Made by a program: the position numbers and the translations under genes
Shown: positions 47,681 to 57,990 of the stretch, piece after piece
How the letters are laid out: every line of letters starts with the position of its first letter
Numbering within the stretch: position 1 is the first letter of the stretch
Source of the DNA: an uncultured Clostridia bacterium
GTDB taxonomy: Bacteria > Bacillota > Clostridia > TANB77 > CAG-508
Direction: 5' to 3'
Length of the DNA stretch: 64,000 nt
Assembly (NCBI GenBank): GCA_944388755.1
Contig: CALXJY010000001.1
Location: forward strand, 14,687 to 78,686
Notes under the pieces: generated by a model
The model's database searches: none
What the model saw: only the letters and a program-made list of their open reading frames with translations
What the model was told of the DNA's origin: nothing

Positions 47681-50600
47681 CTATGATGCTTTTTTCTTGA
47701 TGAAATATATTCCTACTCCAAGTATTACTAGTGCTAATAATCCAATAGATCCTATAATTATGTAATTTCTGTTAGCACCTGTACTTGGTGTTATAATAAC
47801 TTCTTCTGCAGTTGAGTCATCTGTCTCATATGTTGTAGAATCTGATGGGTCATAGTTACCTGGTATTGTTGTAATTTTACTTCCTCCTGGTTTATCACAT
47901 AACACAACCTCTGTATCATTTGAGAAGTTTGCATCTTGACCTGAAGATAATTGTTTTTCTACAACCATCTCTACAGTTCCTGTTCCTGCTGTAGTTGCAG
48001 TCGTTGTTTTTGGTTTGATTTTAGAGTCTTTTAAGTATTCTGTAACATATATAGCTGAATTTGTTATTTCTTCAGAATCTGTTACTGAACTTAAAACAAT
48101 TTCTGCTGATTTTAAGTCATCTATTGTTGCTTGTTGCCATCCATATTTCTCATTTGTTTCATCATTAACTTTAAATGTAACATCTTTATCTAAGTAATCT
48201 ACAATCTTAGATGGAGATATTGTTATAAGGTCATTTGCTTTTTGCGTTTCTCCTGCTGATCCCATTGATGTGTAATATCCATTACCAAAATTATAGAATC
48301 CTTGTGATGCATAATCTGCTTCTCCTGTATTTGTTACAGTAAAATCATATTTAATTTCTACATGTGCATTTTGCATTATTTCTGCATCTAGTTCTGCTTT
48401 TACAAATCCCCCTGCAGTTGCTGTTGGTTTCATATATGTTAAGTAATTTGTTTGTCCTGATAATGTACCATCTGCATTAATATCTGCATCTATAATTGTT
48501 CTACCATCTGGGTATTTTATACTTATATGACTTACTCTCTTTTCAAATGATATACTTTGCACAGCTCTTCTTATTATACCAAAGTCAATTCCATCTACAT
48601 CAAATTTTAGATCTCCTGTTATTTCTTCATATGTTAAACTATCTAAATCTTTATCATCAAGTTCTACATTAAATTGCATAACTGGTGTTGTTGATGTAAT
48701 AGTATCGATTGTTACTTCTGTTTTATGGTTATATCCATTATTTGTTCCACCATCATGGCTATTTAATTGAGTATCTATTTGTTGTCTTACTGTATAATCA
48801 TCAATAGCATGTGATAAATGTTGTCCTCTTGCTGTCTGATAATAATATGGATCTGACATTTCTTGGTTATATCTTGCTTGATCTATTACTGTAGCTTTAT
48901 AATTTTCTAAAACATCTACATACTCTGTTCCATCAACTGAGATTCCATCTCCCCAAGTATATCTTAATACATATTTACCTGGTAAAAATCCTGTTATCGT
49001 ATATGTTCCATCTGTAGTCTCTGTTTCACATTTAGCATCTTTCCATGTTCCTGACAATTCGTCATATACTTGTGCTACTTCATCAGTAACATTTCCTGAG
49101 TCATCTACAACCATTAACTGAACTGTTACACCTGATATTAATTTTTCTCTTGAAGAATCATATTTTCCATCACCTTCACGTATATTGTCACTTGCAAGTA
49201 ATGAATCAATAATTTCATCTTCAAATACAACTCCACCTGCCTGTCTAGCATTTGCAATTGTTAGTCCTACACTTGGTGCTGATTTTGTATCATCTTCATA
49301 TTCTGCTTTGTTTCCAACTTCTACGTTATCTATTACAGAATCTATGTCAACTGAAGCATAATATTTTGAGTCTTTATATGATGTATATGATGTTATTTCT
49401 GCTAAATTCTCTAAGTTTTCATCTGAATCTGCTTTATTTAATAAGTTTAATACATTTTGTCTTGATAATTCAAACTGTACATATACATATTTTATTTGTT
49501 GTGGGCTTAATGTCTCATTAAGAGTAATATCTACACTACTATATTTGCCAACACTTGATCCACCTTGTGTACCATATTTTCCACCATCTGATATCTGTCC
49601 ATTTCCATCTACAGTTGAACCAACAGTACTTAATGTATACCTACTATCATAATAATCTGTAATACTATTTATTCTTGCATCTACAGATGATTCATTTCTT
49701 AATGCAATTTTATATGTTAAATATACCTTTAAGTTATTATCTGGATTTGTTGGATCATTATATTCTGCATCTGCTCTATAAATAGGTCTTAAATATGTTT
49801 GATCTCCATATTTATTTATAAAGTTTACACCAACATTCCATGCATCTTCTTCAGGTTGTCCTCCTGAGAATCTAGATTCATATTTATATACGTGGCTACT
49901 TCCCTTTATACTTACTTTAACATTATCTAAGTCATGTGTTAATGCTAAATCTACTTGTGGTCTTCTATATATACCTAAGTTAATGTTCATGATTTCTAGA
50001 CGTTTTAAATCTTCATCGTCAGGTTCTAATGAGAATTGTGCATTTGAAGTACTTGCAATTATTGGATAGTCTGATATATTTTCAATTACATCTGCTCTAG
50101 CTTCTGATCTATTTAAACTGTATTTAACTTCATAAGTATTATTTCCTGATGAATCTTTAGCTTGTACAGATGATTCTGTTTTTGGATCTATTCTTGCAAA
50201 TTTGTTATTAAATGAATCTCTATTAGATCCTTCTGAAGCTTTTGAACCATTATCTTTATTGATATTAGTTCCAACATTTTCGTATATTAATCCATTATAT
50301 TCAAATTCAATATGGTAATTTGGTAAATCTGCAATCTTTACTCTTTCAAATCTATATTCTCCATCACCATTTGTTGTAGTTTCTCTAATTGTATTTCCTG
50401 AACTATCTTTCAAATATACTTTTACACCTTGTACTCTAACATCTTTATCATCTGAATCATTATCCCTGTATAAATCATTTCTTAAAGACATTTTTGTACT
50501 TTGGATATCTTCCCAAACATATCCTGATAAATGTATATATACTGGAGTATTTTCAAGTATATGCTCTTTATCGTCTACTGGTACTTCATATTCTGCACCT

Positions 50601-52195
50601 GCCTCATACATATTATTTGGGTTTGATACCTCTATTAATGTATATGTATCAATCGGAATTTCGTTTATTTCTAGAATTCCGTTTTGGTCTGTTGTAAATT
50701 TCATAGCTTTTGATGAATCTGAAGTATATGTTATATTTTTACCTGATAATGTTGCTATATATTGTTTTTTAGTATGTGCATAAGCTATAAATTGTACTCC
50801 TGGTAACACTGTTTGGTTATTATATGCATCTACTTTCTTGATTATTAAGTCTCCTGTATACCTTTTATTTGTTACTTTTATATATCCTGTTGAACTATTA
50901 AATACTGTTGTTGGATTAATAGTTTGTGATTTTAGACTTCCACCATTATCTTCATATCCAAAATTTGGATTTTTTGTTTCTATAAATTGATATGGTCCTG
51001 GTGCTAATCCTCCAACATATATTTTACCATTACTATCTGTTTTAAATATTGTAGCCTGACTTTCACTAACATATGTTATTGTTGATGATGAATCACGTCT
51101 TACAAATTTACCAGTAGCTGTATTTTTTAGCTTAAACTCAACATTTGCTAACTTAATATTAGAATCTGATTCATCAACTTTTTGTATTCCTAAACCAGCT
51201 GATATACTATAACTTACTGTAAATGATTTATTACCTGTGTTTGGTTGGCTACTTGGGTTATAGAATAATAAGTTTTGTTTGCTACTACTTGAAGCTCTTA
51301 AAAACCATAATTCTGCAGTATATATTTTTCCACCTGATACTGTAAGTGTTGGTACTAACTTAATACCTGTTGCACATTCATCTGCATCAAATTTAACATA
51401 AAATGATGTGTTACTTTTAATTTTGCTAACACCAATTGATGTTTCTTTTCCACCTGATACAGTTACAAAAGATGCTGATGTAATTGTACCTCCATTTTGA
51501 TTTTGTACAGCAAGTGATGATAATGTACCAGTATAACTAAATTTAAATGGTCCTACCCTAATTTTATTTCCAGAATAAGTTACAGTTGGTTTATTACTTG
51601 AACTATAATTATATTGATCTGTAAATTTAATATCACTTGTATCTACTTTTCCAATACTACTAGCATAGTTTGCAGCAGCATTTTTAATTTTTACTCCATC
51701 ACTATAATTAGGATATCCAGGATTTAGCTGTCCATTATTAGATGAGTTTGTCCAGTTAACTCCTATCGATTGTCCAACAGTTGTAAACCAATTGTTAATC
51801 ATGTCATATAAGGCAAGTTGAGCTCCACTATAGTTTGGGAATGAATCTCCATATCCATCTTTTTGAGCTAATATATATGCAAGTCTTCCATTATATCCAC
51901 TTGTTTTCGTTCTGCCTGTGTCATTTTTTGCAGTGTTTCCTGCTATACGTACATATCTTGCAATTGTATAAGTATCTTCTCCCATTTCTGAACCATGTTG
52001 TACACAAAATAGTCTCCAGTTTTTCTTTAAGATATTCCAAGTAAGTTTAACAGTTCCTCCAACCGCATCATCTTGATCTGCTATAACATCCTTAAAGCTT
52101 ATATAATGTTTCGCATTTGATATATTGGGTATTAATATAAGGAAGAACATAAATATAGTCATTATCATTAAAACTGTTTTTATTAATTTATTCAT
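47681..52195 (-). CDS. giant cell-surface protein 2 (1504 aa): signal peptide, Cna-B/SpaA-type and SdrD-B-like Ig-fold repeats, C-terminal sorting-signal-like anchor
   Basis: N-terminal signal peptide (LMIMTIFMFFLILIPNISNA). Cna-B-like modules (KVDESDSNIKLANVEFKLKN...TDSNGKIYVGGLAPGPYQFIETKNPNFGY; KKVDAYNNQTVLPGVQF...TDQNGILEINEIPIDTYTLIEV). SdrD-B-like modules (LSGYVWEDI...VQGVKVYLKDSSGNTIRETTTNGDGEYRFERV). The C-terminus EEVIITPSTGAN is followed by a hydrophobic helix and KKKAS. Confidence 0.8.
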   Translation of the reverse strand: MNKLIKTVLMIMTIFMFFLILIPNISNAKHYISFKDVIADQDDAVGGTVKLTWNILKKNWRLFCVQHGSEMGEDTYTIARYVRIAGNTAKNDTGRTKTSGYNGRLAYILAQKDGYGDSFPNYSGAQLALYDMINNWFTTVGQSIGVNWTNSSNNGQLNPGYPNYSDGVKIKNAAANYASSIGKVDTSDIKFTDQYNYSSSNKPTVTYSGNKIRVGPFKFSYTGTLSSLAVQNQNGGTITSASFVTVSGGKETSIGVSKIKSNTSFYVKFDADECATGIKLVPTLTVSGGKIYTAELWFLRASSSSKQNLLFYNPSSQPNTGNKSFTVSYSISAGLGIQKVDESDSNIKLANVEFKLKNTATGKFVRRDSSSTITYVSESQATIFKTDSNGKIYVGGLAPGPYQFIETKNPNFGYEDNGGSLKSQTINPTTVFNSSTGYIKVTNKRYTGDLIIKKVDAYNNQTVLPGVQFIAYAHTKKQYIATLSGKNITYTSDSSKAMKFTTDQNGILEINEIPIDTYTLIEVSNPNNMYEAGAEYEVPVDDKEHILENTPVYIHLSGYVWEDIQSTKMSLRNDLYRDNDSDDKDVRVQGVKVYLKDSSGNTIRETTTNGDGEYRFERVKIADLPNYHIEFEYNGLIYENVGTNINKDNGSKASEGSNRDSFNNKFARIDPKTESSVQAKDSSGNNTYEVKYSLNRSEARADVIENISDYPIIASTSNAQFSLEPDDEDLKRLEIMNINLGIYRRPQVDLALTHDLDNVKVSIKGSSHVYKYESRFSGGQPEEDAWNVGVNFINKYGDQTYLRPIYRADAEYNDPTNPDNNLKVYLTYKIALRNESSVDARINSITDYYDSRYTLSTVGSTVDGNGQISDGGKYGTQGGSSVGKYSSVDITLNETLSPQQIKYVYVQFELSRQNVLNLLNKADSDENLENLAEITSYTSYKDSKYYASVDIDSVIDNVEVGNKAEYEDDTKSAPSVGLTIANARQAGGVVFEDEIIDSLLASDNIREGDGKYDSSREKLISGVTVQLMVVDDSGNVTDEVAQVYDELSGTWKDAKCETETTDGTYTITGFLPGKYVLRYTWGDGISVDGTEYVDVLENYKATVIDQARYNQEMSDPYYYQTARGQHLSHAIDDYTVRQQIDTQLNSHDGGTNNGYNHKTEVTIDTITSTTPVMQFNVELDDKDLDSLTYEEITGDLKFDVDGIDFGIIRRAVQSISFEKRVSHISIKYPDGRTIIDADINADGTLSGQTNYLTYMKPTATAGGFVKAELDAEIMQNAHVEIKYDFTVTNTGEADYASQGFYNFGNGYYTSMGSAGETQKANDLITISPSKIVDYLDKDVTFKVNDETNEKYGWQQATIDDLKSAEIVLSSVTDSEEITNSAIYVTEYLKDSKIKPKTTTATTAGTGTVEMVVEKQLSSGQDANFSNDTEVVLCDKPGGSKITTIPGNYDPSDSTTYETDDSTAEEVIITPSTGANRNYIIIGSIGLLALVILGVGIYFIKKKAS

Positions 52196-52214
52196 TTTAA
52201 ACCTCTCCTTTCTA

Positions 52215-55200
52215 TTATACCTCTTTATTAATAAACTTTCTTACTATTATATAAGCTCCTGCTCCAATTATAGCTATTGTTGTTAATACAACAAGTACTG
52301 TTGCAACAACCTGTCCTGTTTTTATACTTAAGATAACATCTGCTGATCCCATATCATCTTCTCCTTTTGCTCTATTTCCTTCTGCTGAATCTGCATCTGA
52401 TAATCCATTTTCATTAAATGTTTCTACTATTTCAGCTGTATTGTTTACTAAACCTGTATTATTGTTTGACATTTGTTTAGTAAGTATTAATGTTAATTCT
52501 TTACTTTCTCCTGGCTCAATTTTTTCATTTGCTAAGCTATCATTATATAGTACTGAATCTGATTGATACCAGTCTTTATTAAGTTCTGAACTAAATTTGT
52601 AATCTGCTGATATATAATCTGCTATTTTTCTTACATATCCTGCAATTTCGCCTTCATTTGTAACTTTAATTTTATATTCAACTACAACACTTGTTCCATT
52701 TAATAGTTTTGAATCAATTTCTGCTTTTGCAAGTGTGGCATCTTGATATTCTGTAGCTTGTGTACCTTTTGAATTTTGAACTACAATTCTAGTTATAGTC
52801 TTATCTAGTTTCATATCAAATCTTTTACGTTCTTTTAATCCAATATTTATATAAGAAATATTATCATTTTCAACATTTATAATTTCTGTTGTATCTACAT
52901 TTACTGTGTTTCCATCTATTGTAATATCTTTATTTAATACTTTTGAATTGACATCTTCTTCTGCTCCTTCAGATTCATATGATGTTAAAACATATTTGTT
53001 TTTGTCATATTCAAATATTATAATATATTTTCCTTGTGGTACACTTAATGTATATAATCCACTTTCATTAGTTGTCGCTTTTATTTCTTCCCCTTTTGAA
53101 TTTGTTTGATATGTATTTGTCTCTACATTAAATAATTTAACTGTTATTCCTTGTAATGTTTGCTCATCTTTGTCATATTTACCATTTTCATTTTGGTCTA
53201 ACCATGCTGTTCCAGAAATTAATCTATTTGATTGATTATTATCTGTATTACCATTATTATTGCTATCATTATTGCCATCATTATTGTTTCCATTATTATT
53301 ATCTCCATTATCTGTTCCATCATCAGGACTTCCTGGATTTACATCTCCACCTGGATCATCTGTATCAACTAAATCATCTTGATCTTCTTCTGATGAATTA
53401 GGTTCTAATAAATGTTTAACAGATGCATTTCCTGTTTCTATAGAATATACTGATACTCTTGCCGTATTATTAATTTCTCTTACTTCTGTAAAAGCTGGTA
53501 AATATTCTTCTACATATGTCTTTATTGTATATGTTTTAGTTTGTCCTGCTGATAAAGAATCTTCAATAGTTATATAATTTCCTGTTCCTTCTAAATCTTC
53601 TTCAAGCATATATTGTTCTTCTGTTAAAGTAACTCCATCAGCTTGTACACTATCTAATACCAAATACTCTGATAATAAATCTGTTACTGTTACAGATGGT
53701 GCATCTACACTACTATTATTTGTTACAGTAATTTGATATGTAATTTCATCTCCTAATTTTACATATTGACTTTCATTTAAAGATTTATTAGTTATATCAA
53801 CTAACATTCTTCTAGCTTTCATAACTTTTTGATTTGAATAATAGTCTGTATTATCTACTGTTCCTGTTACACTTAATTTTACATCTTTAAATTCTGCATC
53901 AGTAAATGGTTCTACAGTTGCACTAAAATATATTTTTGCATAAGAATCTTTAGCTATTTCAGGAATTGTGTATTCAGTTTGTCCTTCAATAAGTATAGGC
54001 TCATTTTGGTCATTAATATAAGAAATAGCATCAATTGTTACATTTTCATAATTAACTTTTACTTTAACATTTTTCAAATCTTTACCAGATATATTCTTTA
54101 TTAATGCTCCATATCTATAATATGATCCTACGTCTAATACTGGATCTAAAACCTCATAAAAATTGTCCGCAATTAACATTTCAAGTGAAATATCAGCTTT
54201 TTCAATTTTTGTTTCAACAGTATTAGATGTTTTTACAGCTTCTCCATAATTAGCTTGAACTTGGTTTTGTATATTTTCTATAGTATCTGCTATTCCTGTA
54301 TTTACTCTAACTAAATATGTCTTTGTTACTTTTTCTCCTGGTTGTAATTTTATGTCTGTGAATTCAACTGTTTTTTGATCAGGATATGTATCATATCCTT
54401 CTTCCATATTAACTCCTACTTGAGGTTGTTTTTCTGTAACATATGTTGTTCCTTCAGGTACATTACCTACAAGTTTTAAGCCTGTAACTTCTTCAGATCC
54501 TGTATTTTCTGCTGTTATTTCATATGTTATTGCTTCTCCTTCATGTACTACATCTACGTTTTGTCCATTAAGTTTAGAATTTAATGTAACATCTACAATA
54601 GGTCCTGCACCAGTTTCAAGTTTTAAGTCTTTAGCTTGCATTGTTTCTTCAACAGATGCTTCATTTATATAATATACTGTATATCCTTCTTGTAATGATT
54701 CATTATATTCCAAATTAGATGGAATTGCTAAATTATAACTTACACTTAATGCTTCTGAATCAGATAACTGATCTATAACAATCATATATTTTTTAACATT
54801 TATTCCACTGTCTAATGTATCTTCCCAACCATTTGTAACATTTTGTAAATCTACAGTTGCATTTTCATTTTCTGTATAGTAGATTTTTATTCTTGAATTA
54901 TCTATTCCAGAAACTTGTATACTATCTACAGCAGTTCTTAATGTATTTGTGTCAACAGCATTTTCTGTTGGGAATGTTCCAATTATTCTAACATTTGTTA
55001 TTGTTGCTTCTTTATTATTAATAATCTCAGAAGATACTGTCGCTTTTTTACTTTCTGTTGCCAATTGTAATTTTGCTGTATCTGTTCCTTCATTATTAAT
55101 TGTCTCTAAATTATATTCTTCTATTTTATTTGTAGTAATTAATCCTGCATATGATACTATTTTTATAGGTTTTGTTTCTTGTCCACTTGTTCCACCATTT

Positions 55201-57188
55201 GCAAAATTAACTGCTTTTTCGTTTGTATATGTTAATGTAAATTGTGTATCTAGATTTTTTTGTTTTCTACTTGTTGTTAGATTTGCTGTAATTATAATTG
55301 TTGCACCATCTATTGCTGTTTCTTTATATGAAGTTTGTTCTCCTTCTAAATCAAGATTTATTACATTTCCCTCTATTCTTGCTGTTTCAGGATTAATTTT
55401 TAACTCATCTTCATATACTAAATTAATTGAAGTTATTTCTACTTTTTCAAATTCTTGTGGTATAGTAATTTGAATATGTGGATTTTTATATAGTTCATAT
55501 TTTTCATTATTACCATTTAACACTACTCTAAATTCCACATTTTCATTTGTTGTCATTGTAGAATATTCATCTTTATTAACTTGTAATGTTGCAGTAGTTT
55601 GTGTTTCCAATAATTTTATTGATGTTGTAGCTCCTTGTTTACTTGTTTCAGTTTCTCCTATTTTATATGTAGTCTCTAAACCATATTTCATTTCTTGAAC
55701 AGCTTTTACTGTATCTCTATCATTAGCTTTTATAACTTTTGTTGTAGTCATTTCTATTGTTCCTGTTTTTTCAGGTTTACTCGTTAAAATAACTATTTCT
55801 GCTATTCCATCAGGTATATTAAATATTATATTTCCATCAGATTGTTCCGTGTCTTTATTTATTTTTGTTAATTCCTGATTATTAGATTTATTTAATATGG
55901 TTATAGTTCCTTCTTCACCTAAAACTGAAAGCATATTATCACGATTTATCACTATGTTTTTTGTATACACATTTGATAATCCTAATCCAGAAAAGTCTTC
56001 TCTTAATATTATTTGCTCAGCAATATTATTCAAATTTACTTGCAGTGTTATTTTTTCAGTAAATTCTCTATCTATTCCTTCATATATCTTTCCTTTATAT
56101 ATTTCACTTTCTGAATTTTCTACATTTGTTTCTATAATAGCATCTAATTCTTGTGAAGGCATTGTTGTTTCTTTTTCCATCGAAATAACAGTGTTCTCTT
56201 CATCATATAATGATATTTTTGAAGTTGCTTTTATATTTTCTTCTACAGGTAATTCTGTACTATCAAATACATATGTAATAATATATTTATCTGAACCAGA
56301 CTTATTCCATACAACTTTTCCATCTTGTTCTTCATTTTTTATAGTTATTATTGTTTTACCTGTCTCAGAATCATATTTATAATCTTCATCTGATATTGAT
56401 TTTCCATTTGTTACTAATGTTTCAGGAGTTTGAACAATTGCTGTTATTGGGTATTTTCCATCTGTAAGTTTTGGAGCATTTAATTCAATTTCAGAAGTTT
56501 TAATAGGATATAAGTTTCTATCTAAAGTTGATTCTACCTGTAATTGTACTATTCTATAACTTCCATCTTGATAATTAAATACCTTATTTGTTAGTATTTT
56601 TTGTTCTAAACCTATACCATTATTTTCTTCATTATATGGACTTGTAATTTTTAAATTTACTGTTCTTGTTCCTGTTACAGTAATATCTTTTTCTGTACTA
56701 TCTTTATATGTTCCTGTAAGTTCTAGTTTACTTTCCGCATTTAATAAAGATATATCATAAGATGTATCTGTTACAAGTTCAATACCAACTGGTATTTCAA
56801 CTATATCTCCTGCATTTATTTGATTTAATGTAATTGTATCTTCTGTGATATTTTGAATTCTTTCATTTTCAGTATCTGTTTTAAATTTGAAATTAGAATC
56901 TTTCAAAGTTATTTTTCCATCAAAATATCCTTCTTGTTTTACATTTACATTAAAATATAGTTTTAAATCAGTTTTCTCTGTTGTAGTAGAACTCTCCATA
57001 GTCTCATTTTGTGAATCATCTTTAAAATACGCCATAAATTCGATATTTTTATGACTTGTATCTTTATCTTCACTTAGTTTTTCTACAGCATAAGAAATAC
57101 TATTAAAACCAATTAAAATAAAGTTAGCTGATGTTAATGTAATTATTAACAATATTGCTACAAATATTTTTAAAACTTTAGCTTTCAT
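52215..57188 (-). CDS. giant cell-surface protein 1 (1657 aa): signal peptide, DUF11-type and SdrD-B-like repeats, N/D/G-rich linker, C-terminal sorting-signal-like anchor
   Basis: The ATG at 57188 follows GGGAGG. Signal peptide present. DUF11/TIGR01451-like modules (ITYEITAENTGSEEVTGLKLVGNVPEGTTYV; ITYQITVTNNSSVDAPSVTVTDLL). SdrD-B-like module (ISGTAWLDQNENGKYDKDEQTLQGITVKLF...TTNESGLYTLSVPQGKY). The C-terminus ADVILSIKTGQ is followed by a hydrophobic helix and RKFINKEV. It is 19 nt upstream of protein 2, so the two probably form an operon. Confidence 0.8.
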   Translation of the reverse strand: MKAKVLKIFVAILLIITLTSANFILIGFNSISYAVEKLSEDKDTSHKNIEFMAYFKDDSQNETMESSTTTEKTDLKLYFNVNVKQEGYFDGKITLKDSNFKFKTDTENERIQNITEDTITLNQINAGDIVEIPVGIELVTDTSYDISLLNAESKLELTGTYKDSTEKDITVTGTRTVNLKITSPYNEENNGIGLEQKILTNKVFNYQDGSYRIVQLQVESTLDRNLYPIKTSEIELNAPKLTDGKYPITAIVQTPETLVTNGKSISDEDYKYDSETGKTIITIKNEEQDGKVVWNKSGSDKYIITYVFDSTELPVEENIKATSKISLYDEENTVISMEKETTMPSQELDAIIETNVENSESEIYKGKIYEGIDREFTEKITLQVNLNNIAEQIILREDFSGLGLSNVYTKNIVINRDNMLSVLGEEGTITILNKSNNQELTKINKDTEQSDGNIIFNIPDGIAEIVILTSKPEKTGTIEMTTTKVIKANDRDTVKAVQEMKYGLETTYKIGETETSKQGATTSIKLLETQTTATLQVNKDEYSTMTTNENVEFRVVLNGNNEKYELYKNPHIQITIPQEFEKVEITSINLVYEDELKINPETARIEGNVINLDLEGEQTSYKETAIDGATIIITANLTTSRKQKNLDTQFTLTYTNEKAVNFANGGTSGQETKPIKIVSYAGLITTNKIEEYNLETINNEGTDTAKLQLATESKKATVSSEIINNKEATITNVRIIGTFPTENAVDTNTLRTAVDSIQVSGIDNSRIKIYYTENENATVDLQNVTNGWEDTLDSGINVKKYMIVIDQLSDSEALSVSYNLAIPSNLEYNESLQEGYTVYYINEASVEETMQAKDLKLETGAGPIVDVTLNSKLNGQNVDVVHEGEAITYEITAENTGSEEVTGLKLVGNVPEGTTYVTEKQPQVGVNMEEGYDTYPDQKTVEFTDIKLQPGEKVTKTYLVRVNTGIADTIENIQNQVQANYGEAVKTSNTVETKIEKADISLEMLIADNFYEVLDPVLDVGSYYRYGALIKNISGKDLKNVKVKVNYENVTIDAISYINDQNEPILIEGQTEYTIPEIAKDSYAKIYFSATVEPFTDAEFKDVKLSVTGTVDNTDYYSNQKVMKARRMLVDITNKSLNESQYVKLGDEITYQITVTNNSSVDAPSVTVTDLLSEYLVLDSVQADGVTLTEEQYMLEEDLEGTGNYITIEDSLSAGQTKTYTIKTYVEEYLPAFTEVREINNTARVSVYSIETGNASVKHLLEPNSSEEDQDDLVDTDDPGGDVNPGSPDDGTDNGDNNNGNNNDGNNDSNNNGNTDNNQSNRLISGTAWLDQNENGKYDKDEQTLQGITVKLFNVETNTYQTNSKGEEIKATTNESGLYTLSVPQGKYIIIFEYDKNKYVLTSYESEGAEEDVNSKVLNKDITIDGNTVNVDTTEIINVENDNISYINIGLKERKRFDMKLDKTITRIVVQNSKGTQATEYQDATLAKAEIDSKLLNGTSVVVEYKIKVTNEGEIAGYVRKIADYISADYKFSSELNKDWYQSDSVLYNDSLANEKIEPGESKELTLILTKQMSNNNTGLVNNTAEIVETFNENGLSDADSAEGNRAKGEDDMGSADVILSIKTGQVVATVLVVLTTIAIIGAGAYIIVRKFINKEV

Positions 57189-57231
57189 GGTGAAACCTCC
57201 CACTTATATTTTTATACAATCTCTACTATAT

Positions 57232-57260
57232 ATTATACATTCATTTTTAGCATTTTTCAA
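57232..57260 (-). promoter_or_regulatory. sigma-A type promoter of the adhesin operon
   Basis: The minus strand reads TTGAAA (57260-57255), an exact 17-nt spacer, then TATAAT (57237-57232), ~40 nt upstream of the ATG. Confidence 0.55.
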
Positions 57261-57545
57261 TCTTTTTTTATTATTTTTTAAGTATTTATGTAAATTTTTT
57301 TGTTTTTTTGTCTACGGAAATTCTTTTTTGGAATTTTATAATAAAAATATTAAGTTTTTATTACAAAATATACCTATTATTCCTCCTTTTGTTGGGGATA
57401 GAAGATTTTAGACACATTTTTATTCATCAAAAACAAAAATATAATTTTCTAGTATTTTTTGTATCAGTATAATTCTTTATAAAAATTTTGTTCATCTTTT
57501 TTAATATATTGCATATTATAATAAAAAGAAAGGAATGATTTTATA

Positions 57546-57989
57546 TTGGAAAACATAGATCAAAATACTATTAATAACATAAAAAATATGGTTGATAATG
57601 GTAATATAAATGAGGCTATTTCTCAAATTTCTCCTGAAATGATTCAAAATTTTTCAAAAATGTTTTCACAATCAAATAACTCAAACAATAATCAAAATTC
57701 AAATAGTCAAAATAACAACTTTGAATCACAAGAAAATAAAGGCAATCAAAATAATAATTTTGATTTTAGCAATATTGATATGGCTTCTATTATGAAAATG
57801 GCTTCAACTTTCAATAAAAATAGTAATGATCCTAGAAGCAATCTTCTTAATTCTTTAAAGCCATATATGAGAAATAGTAGGAAAGAAAAAATAGATAACT
57901 ATATAAATCTAATGAACATGAGTAAAATTGCTGAATTGTTAAATAATAAAACAAATCAAAAAAATGAATCTAATAAGGAGGAAACTTAG
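57546..57989 (+). CDS. hypothetical N/Q-rich 147-aa protein with conserved-looking C-terminal helix region
   Basis: TTG start after AAAGGAA. Central tract NNSNNNQNSNSQNNNFESQENKGNQNNN. The C-terminal DPRSNLLNSLKPYMRNSRKEKIDNYINLMNMSKIAELL is not low complexity. No family name recalled. Confidence 0.5.
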   Translation: MENIDQNTINNIKNMVDNGNINEAISQISPEMIQNFSKMFSQSNNSNNNQNSNSQNNNFESQENKGNQNNNFDFSNIDMASIMKMASTFNKNSNDPRSNLLNSLKPYMRNSRKEKIDNYINLMNMSKIAELLNNKTNQKNESNKEET

Positions 57990-57990
57990 A

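Noticed and set aside
51800-52010. Thioester (TED/TQXA-type) adhesin domain at the N-terminus of the 1504-aa protein, based on LFCVQHG (Cys codon 52006-52004) and YSGAQLALYDMINNWF.
   Set aside because: The Cys and candidate Gln are only ~62 residues apart, whereas characterised thioester domains have ~120-150. The canonical TQxA(I/V)W motif is not present. The resemblance is too weak to claim without a profile search or structure prediction.
57187-57411. 74-aa plus-strand ORF in the adhesin promoter region.
   Set aside because: It overlaps the adhesin start and promoter. Its F/L/I/K-rich translation comes from AT-rich intergenic DNA, and it has no RBS.
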